The notes beneath the pieces were generated by a model that was not told the DNA's origin, ran no database searches, and worked only from the letters and a program-made list of their open reading frames with translations. Of a stretch of 56,728 nt of DNA, positions 30,696-40,099 are shown piece by piece. The position numbers were made by a program, and so were the translations under genes. This DNA comes from a virus (Duplodnaviria > Caudoviricetes): positions 1 through 56,728 of the IMG/VR virus record IMGVR_UViG_3300017963_000058. One strand, given 5' to 3'. Every line of letters begins with the position of its first letter. Within the stretch, counting starts at the first letter, position 1.

Positions 30696-31297
30696 GATTT
30701 TTTAAGATTAACTCTTTGAAGCGTTTTTATCCGAATAATCTTGAATGTCGCTTGAGAGTTCAAAATCCGAATGTAAATTGAATTCCGATAAAAGATTGAC
30801 TTGAATTTCAACACATAATAAGTGTCATCGTCTTCACAGCTCAAATCTTCTTCGTATCCGTGTCGTTCCGAGAATTCAGTCCAAGTGCCATCATAAACGG
30901 CTAATCCATCGGCTAAAATCTCAATGGTATATATTTTATTAGTTGCTGGTGTATTATCAGATAATAAATACATTTCAGAAACAGCTCCCTCGCCTCGTTC
31001 GTTTACGAGAATGAATTCGCCAGTTACTTCTTTCTCTTTATGCTGATATACTTTAGTCGTATATCGTGGTCGAGCATAATGCTGTATCTCTTCGCCTTCC
31101 ATTGAAAGAGCTAAACTGGGGTCTGGAAAAAACACCATCCCGTTTGTATCTATTATTTCTTCTTTTTTGCTCTGTTGTATTGCTTTTATTTTATTCTTGG
31201 CATCTACATACAATTTCTTGATTTCTTTCATTGATTCGTCTATACTTTGCAGAGTATTTCTTATTGATAATTCAAACATTTTTTCATGCCCTCTCAA
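30692..31297 (-). CDS. Beta-sandwich paralog B
   Basis: FFPDPSL; GEGAVSEMYLLSD...ILADG...YDGTWTEFS. Confidence 0.8.
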   Translation of the reverse strand: MRGHEKMFELSIRNTLQSIDESMKEIKKLYVDAKNKIKAIQQSKKEEIIDTNGMVFFPDPSLALSMEGEEIQHYARPRYTTKVYQHKEKEVTGEFILVNERGEGAVSEMYLLSDNTPATNKIYTIEILADGLAVYDGTWTEFSERHGYEEDLSCEDDDTYYVLKFKSIFYRNSIYIRILNSQATFKIIRIKTLQRVNLKKS

Positions 31298-31892
31298 TTT
31301 TTTTCATGTATATCATACTAAAAATAGCAGTAGATTGCTGGATTTGAATGAATATATCTTCTTTATAAAAAATATCTTGGAATGCGAGAACATAATAAGT
31401 ACCATCGTCAAAACAACTCATGTCGCTTAAGTATGCCGAAATAGCAGAAAATTCTGTCCAAGTACCATTGTATATTTCGTTGCCATCAGCTATGATTTGA
31501 ACTTTATACGCTTTATTAGTCGGAAGCGTACTATCAGAAAGAAGAACAACTTCAGATATAGCTCCCTCACCTTTTTTATTAATGATGGTGTATGTACCAA
31601 TTACAGATTGGGCAATTTTTAATACTTGCGTGGTGTATTTTTTTAACTGTTCGAGAATGTTTCTTTCTTCTGTCGTGCTTGGCGTTTCAGTAGTAGGGAA
31701 CTGTGGAATTACAGAGGTTAAAGCTGTCGGCTCTGGAAAAAATTTAGGTTTCGTTTCGACATCATTTCCATCACGGCTCAATCTGATCGGCTTACTACGG
31801 TAATCATCTTCCTTACCAGAATCCATTATGGCATCAAAACTCTTCTTGACTTCTTTTACAATCCTTTTCCCTAAAGACTCTTCATTACTCAT
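31284..31892 (-). CDS. Beta-sandwich paralog A
   Basis: FFPEPTA; GEGAISEVVLLSD...IIADG...YNGTWTEFS; tandem duplicate of B. Confidence 0.8.
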   Translation of the reverse strand: MSNEESLGKRIVKEVKKSFDAIMDSGKEDDYRSKPIRLSRDGNDVETKPKFFPEPTALTSVIPQFPTTETPSTTEERNILEQLKKYTTQVLKIAQSVIGTYTIINKKGEGAISEVVLLSDSTLPTNKAYKVQIIADGNEIYNGTWTEFSAISAYLSDMSCFDDGTYYVLAFQDIFYKEDIFIQIQQSTAIFSMIYMKKIERA

Positions 31893-31935
31893 AATTAAAT
31901 AAACGATTAAAAATTATTTAAGTTTTTATCTATTT

Positions 31936-32265
31936 TTACATGTTTTCAATCATTCTTCCTTTTCTCGTCAAGAACCAATATGCGTTCGGTCTTCCCCTAG
32001 AATGACCTATTTTCGTGTCGGTTCTTCCCACATATTCTCGTTTCTCTAATTTCTTCAAGTTGTCATATACAGTTGTCCGAGCTGGTAGTTTTTCGGGATG
32101 CCCACTCTTTATTTCTCGATTTACTTTTATTAATATTCTAATATTTAATCGTGGTATTCCATGACCGAGAGATGTTCCTGTTAATGCTTTAATAATCTCT
32201 TTCTGAATATAAGAAAAACTCGGTGATGATATATTGGCAATTTTAGTTATTATCCTTTCAGCCAT
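31936..32265 (-). CDS. Winged-helix transcription regulator
   Basis: PARTTVYDNLKKLEKREYV...RGRPNAYWFLT. Confidence 0.8.
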   Translation of the reverse strand: MAERIITKIANISSPSFSYIQKEIIKALTGTSLGHGIPRLNIRILIKVNREIKSGHPEKLPARTTVYDNLKKLEKREYVGRTDTKIGHSRGRPNAYWFLTRKGRMIENM

Positions 32266-32476
32266 GCTTGATTCCCTTATAATCTGTTATTTTTGTTTGT
32301 CGTTTTTTAAATTCTTCTTCGTAAGGCAATAATGTTTTTTCGATTGCATCTCTTCCGAACCCACTCATGCTTTTTATCACATTATTTTCTTTCAAATATC
32401 GAACTTTTCCTAATATGTCTTTTTCAAGGCATACTCCAATTTGTTCTTTATTGACCATAATAATTAATATACACAT
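32258..32476 (-). CDS. RHH/CopG-like regulator (start probably ATG 32458)
   Basis: KEQIGVCLE...SMSGFGRDAIEKTL; divergent from the + strand operon. Confidence 0.6.
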   Translation of the reverse strand: MCILIIMVNKEQIGVCLEKDILGKVRYLKENNVIKSMSGFGRDAIEKTLLPYEEEFKKRQTKITDYKGIKHG

Positions 32477-32548
32477 ACATATTTAAAGGTATAAATTATG
32501 TCGTTTTTCACACCTTTAAATACTTAATGTCAATTATAATAATATAAA

Positions 32549-32959
32549 GTGATTCTCATGAAAAAAGAAAATATTAAGAGAAAAATGTTTGACGCTAAAG
32601 TTCACACGCTAAATGCCGCACAATGGTTTACATTCTCTATCAGGTGGAAAATTATTAAATTCCGTAAAGCTATTAAAGACAAAGACATTGCCAAGCTGAT
32701 AAAACAAAACAAAGCGTTAAAAGAAGTAAGTGATAATTACTTGAATAACATAATCAAACTTCAAACCGAAATGGCTCAATTAAAACAAGACCTTAAAGAA
32801 GCAATGGAATATCAGGATAGAACAGCAATCGTGATGAATGAACTCATTCTAAAAGAAGCTATCTCGAAAGAAGTTGCCATTGAAAAAACTTCTGCACTTG
32901 TAGAAATAGAAACTCGCATGCAAAGAATAGAAAAACAATTAAATAATTTAGCTCCGTGA
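32549..32959 (+). CDS. Coiled-coil hypothetical protein, first gene of the + strand operon
   Basis: TTTAAATA box upstream; ATG 32558. Confidence 0.75.
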   Translation: MILMKKENIKRKMFDAKVHTLNAAQWFTFSIRWKIIKFRKAIKDKDIAKLIKQNKALKEVSDNYLNNIIKLQTEMAQLKQDLKEAMEYQDRTAIVMNELILKEAISKEVAIEKTSALVEIETRMQRIEKQLNNLAP

Positions 32960-33145
32960 GGGAATGTCAATGGAAAAAAAAACAAACGATTATGGCAAGA
33001 TAGCAAAAGTCGTGAACGACTTGTACGATAAATATAGTGCTTTTTTAGACGGAATTGAACCCGCTTTAATCGAAGAAGATAACGATACACTCATAGGCAT
33101 AGGGATTGAATTTAAGAAATTATTCAAGCTGGTGGGAATTAAATA

Positions 33146-33889
33146 ATGACTCAAGGCACTAAAGAATGGGCAGATAGCAACATAAACATTTTTCACGGCT
33201 GCTCGAACGATTGTACTTATTGCTATGCGAAAAGAATGGCGATCCGATTTGGCAGGAAAACCAAAGAGAATTGGAAAGAAATGGAACTGAACGAAAAAGC
33301 GTATAACAAGGGATATAAATTGCGAAAAGGGAGAATAATGTTCCCTACAAGCCACGATATTACGATTAAAAACATTCACGAATGTATTACCGTATTGAAA
33401 AAAATTCTCGAAGCTGGAAACAATGTTCTTATAACGACCAAGCCACATCCCGCCTGTATTTACCTTATTTGTGAGGAATTAGAGAAATACAAGAAAAAAA
33501 TGCAGTTTCGCTTTACCATTACTTCTAATGACGATTCAATTCTCAAAGAATTTGAACCGAATGCTCCCGACTACGACCGAAGAAGAGCGTGCGTTCGATA
33601 CGCTCATAAACAGGGATGGCAAACATCAATCTCAATTGAACCGTTTTTAGACGAAGACCCAATACCGTTAATTCGGGATATTGAACCATTTGTCAATGAA
33701 ACGATATGGATAGGGATAATGTCGGGTCAATCATTCAAGCATCACTCAGATCACAACCTAAAAAAGGTCGTGCAAGGTATTAATACCTTACCCATAGATG
33801 TTCGTGTTAAGATAAGATTGAAAGACTCCATACGCAATAGAGGGTATCAAATAAATGAGAATGATAAGGAAATCAATGGGAAAGTTTAA
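33146..33889 (+). CDS. Radical-SAM-like protein, DUF5131 (phage Gp37/Gp68)-type
   Basis: TKEWAD...GCSNDCTYCYA (CxxxCxxC), LITTK, SISIEP. Confidence 0.8.
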   Translation: MTQGTKEWADSNINIFHGCSNDCTYCYAKRMAIRFGRKTKENWKEMELNEKAYNKGYKLRKGRIMFPTSHDITIKNIHECITVLKKILEAGNNVLITTKPHPACIYLICEELEKYKKKMQFRFTITSNDDSILKEFEPNAPDYDRRRACVRYAHKQGWQTSISIEPFLDEDPIPLIRDIEPFVNETIWIGIMSGQSFKHHSDHNLKKVVQGINTLPIDVRVKIRLKDSIRNRGYQINENDKEINGKV

Positions 33890-35668
33890 GTGTTCCATCT
33901 GTGAACTTACTCAAGAAGATGGAGTTGCCGTGTGGAAACCAAATCAAACAAATCCCATAAGAATATGTAAAACTTGTATTAATGAGATAATCGAGGAGTT
34001 TAATCGTGGTTAGGTACGAAGACATTGATATATTATTTCCGAAAGATATTGACTACACAAGAGTGTATAAATGGAATGGAAAATTACATAAATATATAAG
34101 CAAGATGGCTAAAAAAATAGAAAAATTAACCGAAAAAGAGATAACGAGAATTGAAATTCAAATTGGATAAGCTCGGAATTGCCATTTTTTCCATCTGGTT
34201 CAAGTGTAGTTGGAAATTGCGAATTGCGTGTGCCTATTTTTTATACCCATACACGAAACCATTAGAAGATAAGGGTTTGATTACCATAAGGACAGTATTG
34301 GGTGAAAAAGAGTCATAACGATGTCGAACGCTCACGGGCTAATTTTATTCCACGAAATCAAAAAATACGAAGTGCTTGTTCCAGTAAGATGGAAACAATT
34401 TCCAGACCGAAACACGATGATAGAATTGTTCAAGGAACGACTTGCGAACAATCCTTTAATCTCAATCCCGACAAGAGCAAGGGAATATAGAAAATTATCA
34501 GAATATATAAAAAATATTGACCGAATATGTTCAGACGAGCAAGAAAAATTGAAAAAATTGATGTAAATCCTGCTATTGCTCAATTTAACGAGCTACAAAA
34601 AGAAGCAGAGAAAAAAAGAGGATTTAGCAACATTGATTTGTATCAAGAGTTGTCAGACATGATGCGAAGGCACTTCGAAACGCATGTCGGTTTCGAACCA
34701 GACATCATCTCGTTCATTAAAGTAGGCGTGGTCAATTTCATATTTAACAATAGAAAAGAATTAAAAGAAATATTAGATAAATTTAGTGATTAATATGACT
34801 TTAGAAATAAAACTATTAAAACAATGGTTAGAAGCTCAAATTGAATGGTGTCAAGGATTATTAACAAAATCTTACGATGCACACGCTACTGGATATATAG
34901 AAGGCAAAATAGCCGCATTTAAAGAAGTAAGAAAGAGGTTTAATTGATGAACGATGAAGAAAAAAAGATTCTCGAAAAAGAAAGAGAACAAGAAAAAGAA
35001 AAGGGTAAGTTCATGCACATTACTTGTCCTAAATGTTTTTTCCTAAATCCAATTCCTAAATTACCGTTTGATAAAGAAGATGTACGGAAAGCGTTGTTTC
35101 AGCTTGACCCAAGAATGCCACGACATCTTAACGCTAGTTTGATATTGTTAAAATTAATTGATTACATGGAATTACTACAATCTAAATACGGCATCTAAAA
35201 TGGAAGAATATATAAAAGAAAAAATGAACGAGCTGAAAGCTAATCTCAAGAAAGTAATGGAAGAGCTGAAAAAGAAAGATGATAAGAAAGAAAAAAACGA
35301 AATTGAGTGAGTTTATAGCCATTTTAGACGAGGAATTATTAAAACACGCTAAAAATGTGGTTAAAGCACACGATCTTGAAGAAGATATCGAAATACACAA
35401 GATAGATTACACGATCAGGTTTAAATAATGACGATAAAAACGATTGAGATTGATGCGGTCGATTTAAAGGTCAGAACCGATTATAAAACGGAGTTAAACG
35501 AAAGAGTCCAGTCGTTCATAGATAAAAACACACTTCTAAGGGAGTTATTTGTCAAAACAACAAATACTTGTATCGGATTCAAACTTCTCATTGACGATAT
35601 TCTCGGTGACGCTAAGGAAAAACTACATCAATTTATTGAAGAATTACTATTTTTCGGGTTATGAATAA

Positions 35669-36013
35669 ATGAATGAAGAAAAAAAGAAAATAATAATATC
35701 GGAATTGAACAGACGGGCATACGAATTTGCTCAAGAAAAAGGATTTGACCCTTCATGGCACAAGAAAATACGGAAAAACGACTTGTGGGGGTTTGCCAAG
35801 ACTTTCTTGATAGTCTTTAAAATACAAGAAGAAAAAGAACTGATATGCGAGGCGTGTAGAAAACCGATTTGGCGAAAAAAGAAAGCCGAAAGCGTGTTGG
35901 AACGATATAAGTGTGCCTTACATCACATCATATACGATGAGAAAGCATATTTCTCTCCCGAAAACTGTTCAATATTACACAATCATTGTCATCAAAAAAT
36001 ACACGGAAAATAA
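35669..36013 (+). CDS. HNH-like nuclease
   Basis: CEAC...LHHIIY...ENCSILHNHCHQKIH. Confidence 0.65.
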   Translation: MNEEKKKIIISELNRRAYEFAQEKGFDPSWHKKIRKNDLWGFAKTFLIVFKIQEEKELICEACRKPIWRKKKAESVLERYKCALHHIIYDEKAYFSPENCSILHNHCHQKIHGK

Positions 36014-37234
36014 TGACGACTGATACGATAAACACACGGTTAGTAATGCTGGAATCGAGAATTCTTGCTTTAGAAAGCATGGTCAAACGCATTCAGCAAA
36101 ATCAACAGCAATTAGATGGCAACGACACATCGTTTCTCACGATGATCAAACAAACGGCTTCGGCTCTCGAAACCAACGAAAAAGCAGATGAAATGCTTCA
36201 CGAAGCCCTGTTAAACCGAATTAAAGGAGTAAACATGAAATTGGGCAAGTATCTCAAGAGGATTCAAAAATTAGAAAAAGCAATGAAAACCGTCAAGAAA
36301 GACGAGATATGGGAAGAAATGAAAGCAACACTCAAAACCCTTAAAAAATAGTGTTAATAATGGCAAAAAACGAAAAAAATCAAGCAATTCCATTGTGCTT
36401 GGGTTGTTTGATAAAAGAGATAAAAGAGAAAGAGGAAAAAAATGAGTTTTGGACAAAAGAAATTACAAGTTAAATTAATAAGGCATACGGTCGGAAAAGG
36501 CAAAATCACGGCTCGTTGGGGTCGGGATGGTCGGGTAATCGAATGGAAAGATGTAAAAGGAAAAAAACACTCTGGTACGAGAGTAGCTTCGAGGTCGCAT
36601 AAATAATGGTAACTATAACAACATCATATTGCGATTTTTGTGGCAGAGAATTGAGTTATGTATCAGACCATTGTAAAATTCTCGGCTCTCATCAACGAAC
36701 CGAGCTTGAAAATAAAGGATTTAATTATGATGGCTGTATCTGGTGTTTTGAAGAAATAAAAAAAATAATAGAAAGTAAAATAAAAAGGAAAAAATAATGG
36801 AGAAATGCCCGAAGTGTGAAAAGATGTTTCAAGCTGGTGGAGTCGATAGAAACGGCTTCTATTATTATTGCGTGTCGTGTCGCAAAAAATATAGAAAGGA
36901 TGAGAATGGCAAGTTATCAGTTTGTAAGGTATAAGGGTAAAACTTGGAATTTATTAGTGCCAAAAAACCTTACATTTGAAGCTGGATGCATTCGAAACAT
37001 ATTAATAGAAAGAAAAGGAAAAAAGGTGATAACCAACCTTAAATCGGTTAAAATAATAAAAGAAAAATACAAAACAATGGAGGTGTTTTTAAATGGGAAA
37101 AGACATGGTAAAAATAATTTTGATAGCGGACCATGACGATAAAGATGTGTTGAACGAGATTAACCTGCTCATAAAAGCGTTATTGGAGTCGCATGATTTA
37201 AAAGTAAAAAAAATTTGTATAAAAGTTGATGTAG

Positions 37235-37435
37235 ATGAGCCAAAGAGGAAAAGAAGAACAGCCGAGAGAAGAGATAATAAAGATAATTGAAGAATGGAAA
37301 CTTAATTTCCATTTAGGGTCGGTATTGATACATATTGACAAGGCAAATCGAAACAAGGATGCTGAGGAAAACATAAAAAATGCCATTTGGTATTTAAATA
37401 GATACCTAAACGATGTATTAAAGGTGAAATCGTGA
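37235..37435 (+). CDS. DUF3310-like protein
   Basis: LNFHLGSVLIHIDKA...ENIKNAIWYLNR. Confidence 0.65.
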   Translation: MSQRGKEEQPREEIIKIIEEWKLNFHLGSVLIHIDKANRNKDAEENIKNAIWYLNRYLNDVLKVKS

Positions 37436-37662
37436 GAAAAAAAACAAGACAGAATATTAGCTTGATGTTATTAGAACTAATCATGTGGATTGTTTCGAGT
37501 TATGTGTGTGCGGTATATTTAAAAATATTTGAAAGCAATTTCCCTTTAATCTTGGCTACATTAATGACATGGACAATTTGGAACGCTACGATCGTTCTCT
37601 ATTTAGCGGCAACCACGAATAGCAAAAAGAATCAACGCTCTCAATTTAAGGAACAGTCCTGA
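37432..37662 (+). CDS. Small 2-TM membrane protein
   Basis: Two hydrophobic segments; SD AGGTGA. Confidence 0.7.
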   Translation: MRKKTRQNISLMLLELIMWIVSSYVCAVYLKIFESNFPLILATLMTWTIWNATIVLYLAATTNSKKNQRSQFKEQS

Positions 37663-38003
37663 TTTTTTAAATAAAGGCAAAAACAATCAAGGAGCAAGAC
37701 TTTACATCGGTGTAAACTTCTCCGAAGTGGGGGGTAGCGTGAACATGGAAAAAGAAACCAAAAAGTTGGATGAGAAAAAAAAACTAAAGATTGATTATTT
37801 GAAAGAAAATATCAGAGCCAATAAGAATTTATTGGGTGATGGAGATAATATCATCGAAACATTTTATAACAAGTTTTTCAATCATAAAGCCGATTGTGGT
37901 CATGTAGTTGGAAAGTTCATACGACTTAAAGGCAAGACCTATTGCTTCAAGTGCTATCACGCTTCAATAAACGAAAGGAAGCGTGGAGATTGATTGAAAA
38001 AAA

Positions 38004-38057
38004 TGTTATTTTCGGTCAAAACCAAGTAATGTTACTTGGGATCGACCGGTTTTAACA
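38004..38057 (-). repeat. 54-bp palindromic site P3 (core at 38022-38039), inverted relative to P1 and P2
   Basis: Reverse complement equals the P2 left arm + core + the P1 right arm. Confidence 0.95.
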
Positions 38058-38143
38058 AGTTTTTCTTCTTCATTCTTTTAAGAGTACACGGCTTCTACTC
38101 TAATTTATTAAAAATTCTCTCTTTTTTTAATAAGAAAATTGGT

Positions 38144-38173
38144 GTTAAATTAACTTAAATTAACTTAAATTAA
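38144..38173 (+). repeat. TTAA-periodic element, copy 3
   Basis: GTTAAATTAACTTAAATTAACTTAAATTAA. Confidence 0.8.
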
Positions 38174-38402
38174 TATTCTTTTGTAAAAAAAAGAAAGAAG
38201 TTAAGCCGAAAAAGACCGTAAAAGAGATAAATTCTAATAGAAATATAAAGAACTCCATCACAGGGATTTGTTCAATTACAAGACGGGAAACTCTCACGAC
38301 TCAACTTCGGTACTCTAAACCTTTGCAACAACCAAAATTAAATTCTTGGAGGAAAAAAATCATGGTCAATAAAAAAAAGAGCAAACACCTATATAAGTGT
38401 GC

Positions 38403-38654
38403 TTATTTGGTCTTTATTTTGTAATCTACATAATCGGCTAACGCTTTAACGAGAAGTCCTATGCCGAGTCCTTTAATAGCGGCATTAATGACGAGAGGAT
38501 ATGGCTCTTTTATTTTAAACACGCTTTTCATGTTCCAGAATAAGGCACATCCCCCTAAAACAGCAGTCAAACCATACCCCAAGTTAGACTTGTATTTAGG
38601 GCATTGTTTCCAATTCTTAATGTCCTTTCGGAGCTCTTTTTTAATATTGCTCAT
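38403..38654 (-). CDS. Small 2-TM membrane protein
   Basis: Two hydrophobic Gly-rich segments. Confidence 0.7.
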   Translation of the reverse strand: MSNIKKELRKDIKNWKQCPKYKSNLGYGLTAVLGGCALFWNMKSVFKIKEPYPLVINAAIKGLGIGLLVKALADYVDYKIKTK

Positions 38655-38854
38655 TTTTTCGGTCTTTTAGACATTCTCGGCATGTCGGGCATTTCAAATC
38701 TTCTCATCAAGACGATCATCACATCACCAGATACGGCAATATCGTTTGCCATGTATCCTCTTTGTTCCATTGTTTTGATTTCCTTGTTGAGTTGAACGAG
38801 GTCGCTACTTCGGATCACGACTGAATCTGTCTTGATCATTGGTGGTGGCATCAT
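38651..38854 (-). CDS. Small hypothetical protein
   Basis: Coupled to neighbouring genes. Confidence 0.65.
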   Translation of the reverse strand: MMPPPMIKTDSVVIRSSDLVQLNKEIKTMEQRGYMANDIAVSGDVMIVLMRRFEMPDMPRMSKRPKK

Positions 38855-38864
38855 TTTTATAACC

Positions 38865-39167
38865 TTATTCTGGCGTTGGTTCGAACGGTTCTGGCTCTAT
38901 TTCTGGCGTTATTATTGGAAGTGGAGCGGGTGGAAATTCATCCGACTTTCCTAAGAAGAGAATGACCATGTAATCTATATAGAGAAGTACCAAGCCCCAA
39001 GCATAGGTAAGCCAACCAGACCACACGGCATCAAGTCCGAGCAATTGTATGAGCATCGACATGGGAAAACTTGCTAACAATCCAATGATTAAACTCCCAG
39101 TAAGAGCAAAGAGCTTTTTTGTTTTTTCTGCTCCGAGATTAGCCACTAAAATATCTTTAAGTGTCAT
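38865..39167 (-). CDS. 2-TM membrane protein with Pro/Glu tail
   Basis: Hydrophobic helices; TATA 23 nt upstream. Confidence 0.8.
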   Translation of the reverse strand: MTLKDILVANLGAEKTKKLFALTGSLIIGLLASFPMSMLIQLLGLDAVWSGWLTYAWGLVLLYIDYMVILFLGKSDEFPPAPLPIITPEIEPEPFEPTPE

Positions 39168-39241
39168 ACTTGATAATTAGTAGAATAACTATAAAAATAT
39201 AGTGAAAATTTATATTATTGAAATCAAATTATTATGTAATA

Positions 39242-40093
39242 ATGCCCGAAGATGTCTTGAAAACCGTTCGAGAAAAGAACGACTATCTCAATTTTGACTA
39301 CGATAAAGCGTTAAATAAAGTAAAGGCAATCAAGGAAAACTGTTCCAAGCTCAATATACATCCTACTCCGAGAGTTGTTGTCGCAACGGCTCTTTATATT
39401 GCCGACCCCTTGTTGAGCAAGTTAAATGCTGGAAGAATCGTGGGAAAGACATTGGATTGGGTCGATGATGGCGTGGCAGAAAGTTCCATAAGAACATTAA
39501 TGAAAAAATGCAAGGTAGAAAACAAGCCAGAACGATTCAAGCGAATTCCTGCGTTAAAAGGAAAATCTCTCGAAGAAATAAAGGATATTTGGAAGCGTTG
39601 TACAAATCCTCGCATCATACGACCTTATTTTAGGGAAGGCGACGATTTTTATCGTTCTTGCCACATATTAGAAAAGGCGTTCAGGAACAAGAATTCGGTT
39701 TTATGGATTCATAACAACATACACAAGCCGGTTTTTAAAGATGCGTTTAAAGAATGCTTGGATTTATGCGAAATTGACCACACAGAACACGCAGAAACGA
39801 GAATGTTCAAAGCCGTTCGTTCTGATGAATATTACGATCCAGAACAATTAGCAATAGGCATTGAAATCGAAATGGAACACACAGACGATAGAGAAATAGC
39901 AAAGAAAATAGCAAAACATCATTTAGGCGAATTCAGGGATTATTATCGAGAACTCGTTAAAATGGAAAAAAAACTCGAATCCACACCCCTCCCATACACG
40001 CCTAAAGAAGATAGATATTGGGATGAGCAATTGGGTGGATGGGTCAAGAAAAAAAAACCCAAGTATTCAACTAGGGGTTATTATAGAGATTAA
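39242..40093 (+). CDS. TFB cyclin/HTH-like domain fused to DUF5661
   Basis: PRVVVATALYIA...GVAESSIRTLMKK; YDPEQLAIGIEIEMEHTDDREIAKKIAKHHLGEFRDYY; ATG 39242 fits TATA spacing. Confidence 0.65.
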   Translation: MPEDVLKTVREKNDYLNFDYDKALNKVKAIKENCSKLNIHPTPRVVVATALYIADPLLSKLNAGRIVGKTLDWVDDGVAESSIRTLMKKCKVENKPERFKRIPALKGKSLEEIKDIWKRCTNPRIIRPYFREGDDFYRSCHILEKAFRNKNSVLWIHNNIHKPVFKDAFKECLDLCEIDHTEHAETRMFKAVRSDEYYDPEQLAIGIEIEMEHTDDREIAKKIAKHHLGEFRDYYRELVKMEKKLESTPLPYTPKEDRYWDEQLGGWVKKKKPKYSTRGYYRD

Positions 40094-40099
40094 TGATGG

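Larger units (their letters stand above)
33876..37993 (+). other. Run of about 20 short, tightly coupled + strand ORFs (many Zn-finger or coiled-coil), typical of viral early/accessory genes
   Basis: Overlapping stop/start codons; includes untracked 33876-34013 (CSIC...CKTC) and 34006-34170. Confidence 0.75.

Noticed and set aside
38165-38365. Minus-strand ORF with an in-frame TGA (possible selenoprotein) behind a TATA-like box
   Set aside because: Translation is low-complexity and Phe-rich with no redox motif at the TGA and no adjacent SECIS-like element; region left unexplained
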